Source of the DNA: Gammaproteobacteria bacterium
GTDB taxonomy: Bacteria > Pseudomonadota > Gammaproteobacteria > GCA-001735895
Length of the DNA stretch: 40,860 nt
Direction: 5' to 3'
Assembly (NCBI GenBank): GCA_030066335.1
Contig: JASJBV010000071.1
Span: forward strand, 1 to 40,860
Shown here: positions 39,439 to 40,860 of the stretch, piece after piece
Layout of the letters: every line of letters starts with the position of its first letter
Numbering within the stretch: position 1 is the first letter of the stretch
Notes under the pieces: generated by a model
Database searches by the model: none
Told to the model about the DNA's origin: nothing
Seen by the model: the letters and a program-made list of their open reading frames with translations, nothing else
Program-made: the position numbers and the translations under genes

Positions 39439-40488
39439 ATGATCAAGGTCCTTATCATCGATGATTCGGCACTGATCCGCCAGTTGCTGTCGGAGATCCT
39501 GTCCAGTGATCCGCAGATAAAGGTGGTGGGGGTTGCCCAGGACCCCTACATCGCTCGGGATAAAATCAAGAAACTCAACCCCGATGTGCTGACCCTGGAT
39601 GTGGAAATGCCGAAAATGGACGGCTTGACCTTCCTGCGCAACCTGATGCGCCTGCGGCCGATGCCGGTGGTCATGGTCTCCAGTCTGACCGATGCCGGGG
39701 CCGATGTCACCCTACAGGCACTGGAGCTGGGCGCGGTCGATTATGTCTCCAAGCCCAAGATCAACATCCAGGAAGAACTCAAGACCTATGCCAAGGAAAT
39801 TATCAGCAAGGTCAAAACCGCGGCCAGGGCACGGGTGCAGGGTTCCAACCTGCCGACCCCGCAGGCCAGGGACCTCAGTGACATAGCCGCGCGCAAGCAA
39901 TTCAAGACCAGCGATATGATCATTGCGATGGGTGCCTCAACCGGCGGTACCGAGGCACTCAAGGACGTGATTTGTCAATTACCGCCAACGACACCGGGCC
40001 TGGTGATCACCCAGCATATCCCGGCGGCCTTCAGCAAGCCGTTTTCCCAGCGCCTCAATGCCAGCTCGGCGATGATCATCACCCAGGCCGAACACGGTCA
40101 GCAGATTCTGCCCGGCCATGGCTATCTGGCGCCCGGTGATAAACACCTGGAGGTGGTGCGTGACGGTGCCCGTTACATCTGCAAGCTGCTGGACAGTGAA
40201 CCGGTCAATCGCCACAAACCCTCGGTTGAGGTCATGTTTCATTCAGTCGCCAAGAATGTCGGCGCCAATGCGATCGGCGTGTTGCTGACCGGGATGGGAA
40301 ACGATGGCAGTGAGGCCATGGGTGAAATGCAGCAACTGGGGGCGGCCACCATCGCCCAGGATGAGGCCAGCAGCGTGGTGTGGGGGATGCCCGGCGAGGC
40401 GGCCAAGCGCGGTTATGCCGATGAAGTGCTACCGTTGCACCAGATCGCGGAAAGAATCCTGTTCTATGTTTCCAGGCACGGACAGTGA
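39439..40488 (+). CDS. cheB: Chemotaxis response regulator methylesterase CheB
   Basis: REC (IIDDS, TLDVEMP), GASTGG, TQHIP, HKPSV, LTGMGNDG, VVWGMP. Confidence 0.97.
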   Translation: MIKVLIIDDSALIRQLLSEILSSDPQIKVVGVAQDPYIARDKIKKLNPDVLTLDVEMPKMDGLTFLRNLMRLRPMPVVMVSSLTDAGADVTLQALELGAVDYVSKPKINIQEELKTYAKEIISKVKTAARARVQGSNLPTPQARDLSDIAARKQFKTSDMIIAMGASTGGTEALKDVICQLPPTTPGLVITQHIPAAFSKPFSQRLNASSAMIITQAEHGQQILPGHGYLAPGDKHLEVVRDGARYICKLLDSEPVNRHKPSVEVMFHSVAKNVGANAIGVLLTGMGNDGSEAMGEMQQLGAATIAQDEASSVVWGMPGEAAKRGYADEVLPLHQIAERILFYVSRHGQ

Positions 40489-40611
40489 ACAAGCCTGAGC
40501 CCTGGCCGAGGCTGGCAGTGCTTTGCAAGCGCTCATCATCGATATGACTTAGCCGAAATCCCTTCGATCAAATATAATTCTGTTTGTGTCCACTCTCCGG
40601 GGAAATTCGTT

Positions 40612-40860
40612 TTGATACACCTGCGTTTGTATAGTCTGCTTTTGCTGCTGACCTGGGTATCGGTATCAGCAGCGACTCCAGTCAACCCGCAACAGGGCAG
40701 GGCAAATGATTACTATCTGGCGATCAAGGGCGGGGTAAGCCTGGGTAGTTATGAATCGGGGATCAATTACATTCTGCTCAAATATATTCAAGAGCAGGAG
40801 GCCAATGGCAGCAAGCTGGTGTCATTTTCCGGAGCCTCAGCCGGCAGCATCAATTCCCTG
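40612..40860 (+). CDS. Patatin-like phospholipase family protein, 5' part (3'-truncated), with probable signal peptide
   Basis: Read manually from TTG 40612: hydrophobic leader LYSLLLLLTWVSVSA, Gly-rich LAIKGGVSLGSYESG and nucleophile elbow SGASAGSIN (GxSxG); frame open to window end. Confidence 0.82.
   Translation, partial: MIHLRLYSLLLLLTWVSVSAATPVNPQQGRANDYYLAIKGGVSLGSYESGINYILLKYIQEQEANGSKLVSFSGASAGSINSL

Noticed and set aside
1-40860. CRISPR arrays, tRNA/rRNA, IS/integrase, prophage or defence genes
   Set aside because: No repeat-spacer periodicity, RNA-gene signatures or recombinase motifs seen; intergenic gaps are short and explained by promoters.

Overview
Gammaproteobacterial motility region. 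1-20732 is a polar-flagellum cluster (fliG'-H-I-J-K-L-M-N-O-P-Q-R-flhB-A-F-G-fliA) followed by an F6-type chemotaxis block (cheY-cheZ-cheA-parC-parP-cheW) that lacks cheB. Next come a 53-aa ORF missing from the ORF track, a minus-strand fliK-like/stand-alone FlhB-C pair and a divergent GGDEF gene. 24233-40488 is an F7 (Che2/Aer2-type) chemosensory system: cheY-parA-mcpA-STAS-PilZ, then an inverted ispG, then cheA-cheW-MCP-MCP-cheW-STAS-cheR-cheD-cheB. A patatin-like gene begins at the right edge. Three sigma54-like and five sigma28-like promoters are visible. Most of the architecture is known biology. The most unusual parts are two membrane-anchored hybrid receptors (degenerate NIT plus Aer2-type PAS-heme; Aer-type PAS-FAD plus Aer2-type PAS-heme), a STAS protein with four [YF]GFF repeats, a shared GEIE[ML]F tail on McpA and CheD, and the small ORF with a FliK-like C-terminus. 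No RNA genes, CRISPR arrays or mobile elements were seen. All family calls come from motif recognition by eye, not from database searches.
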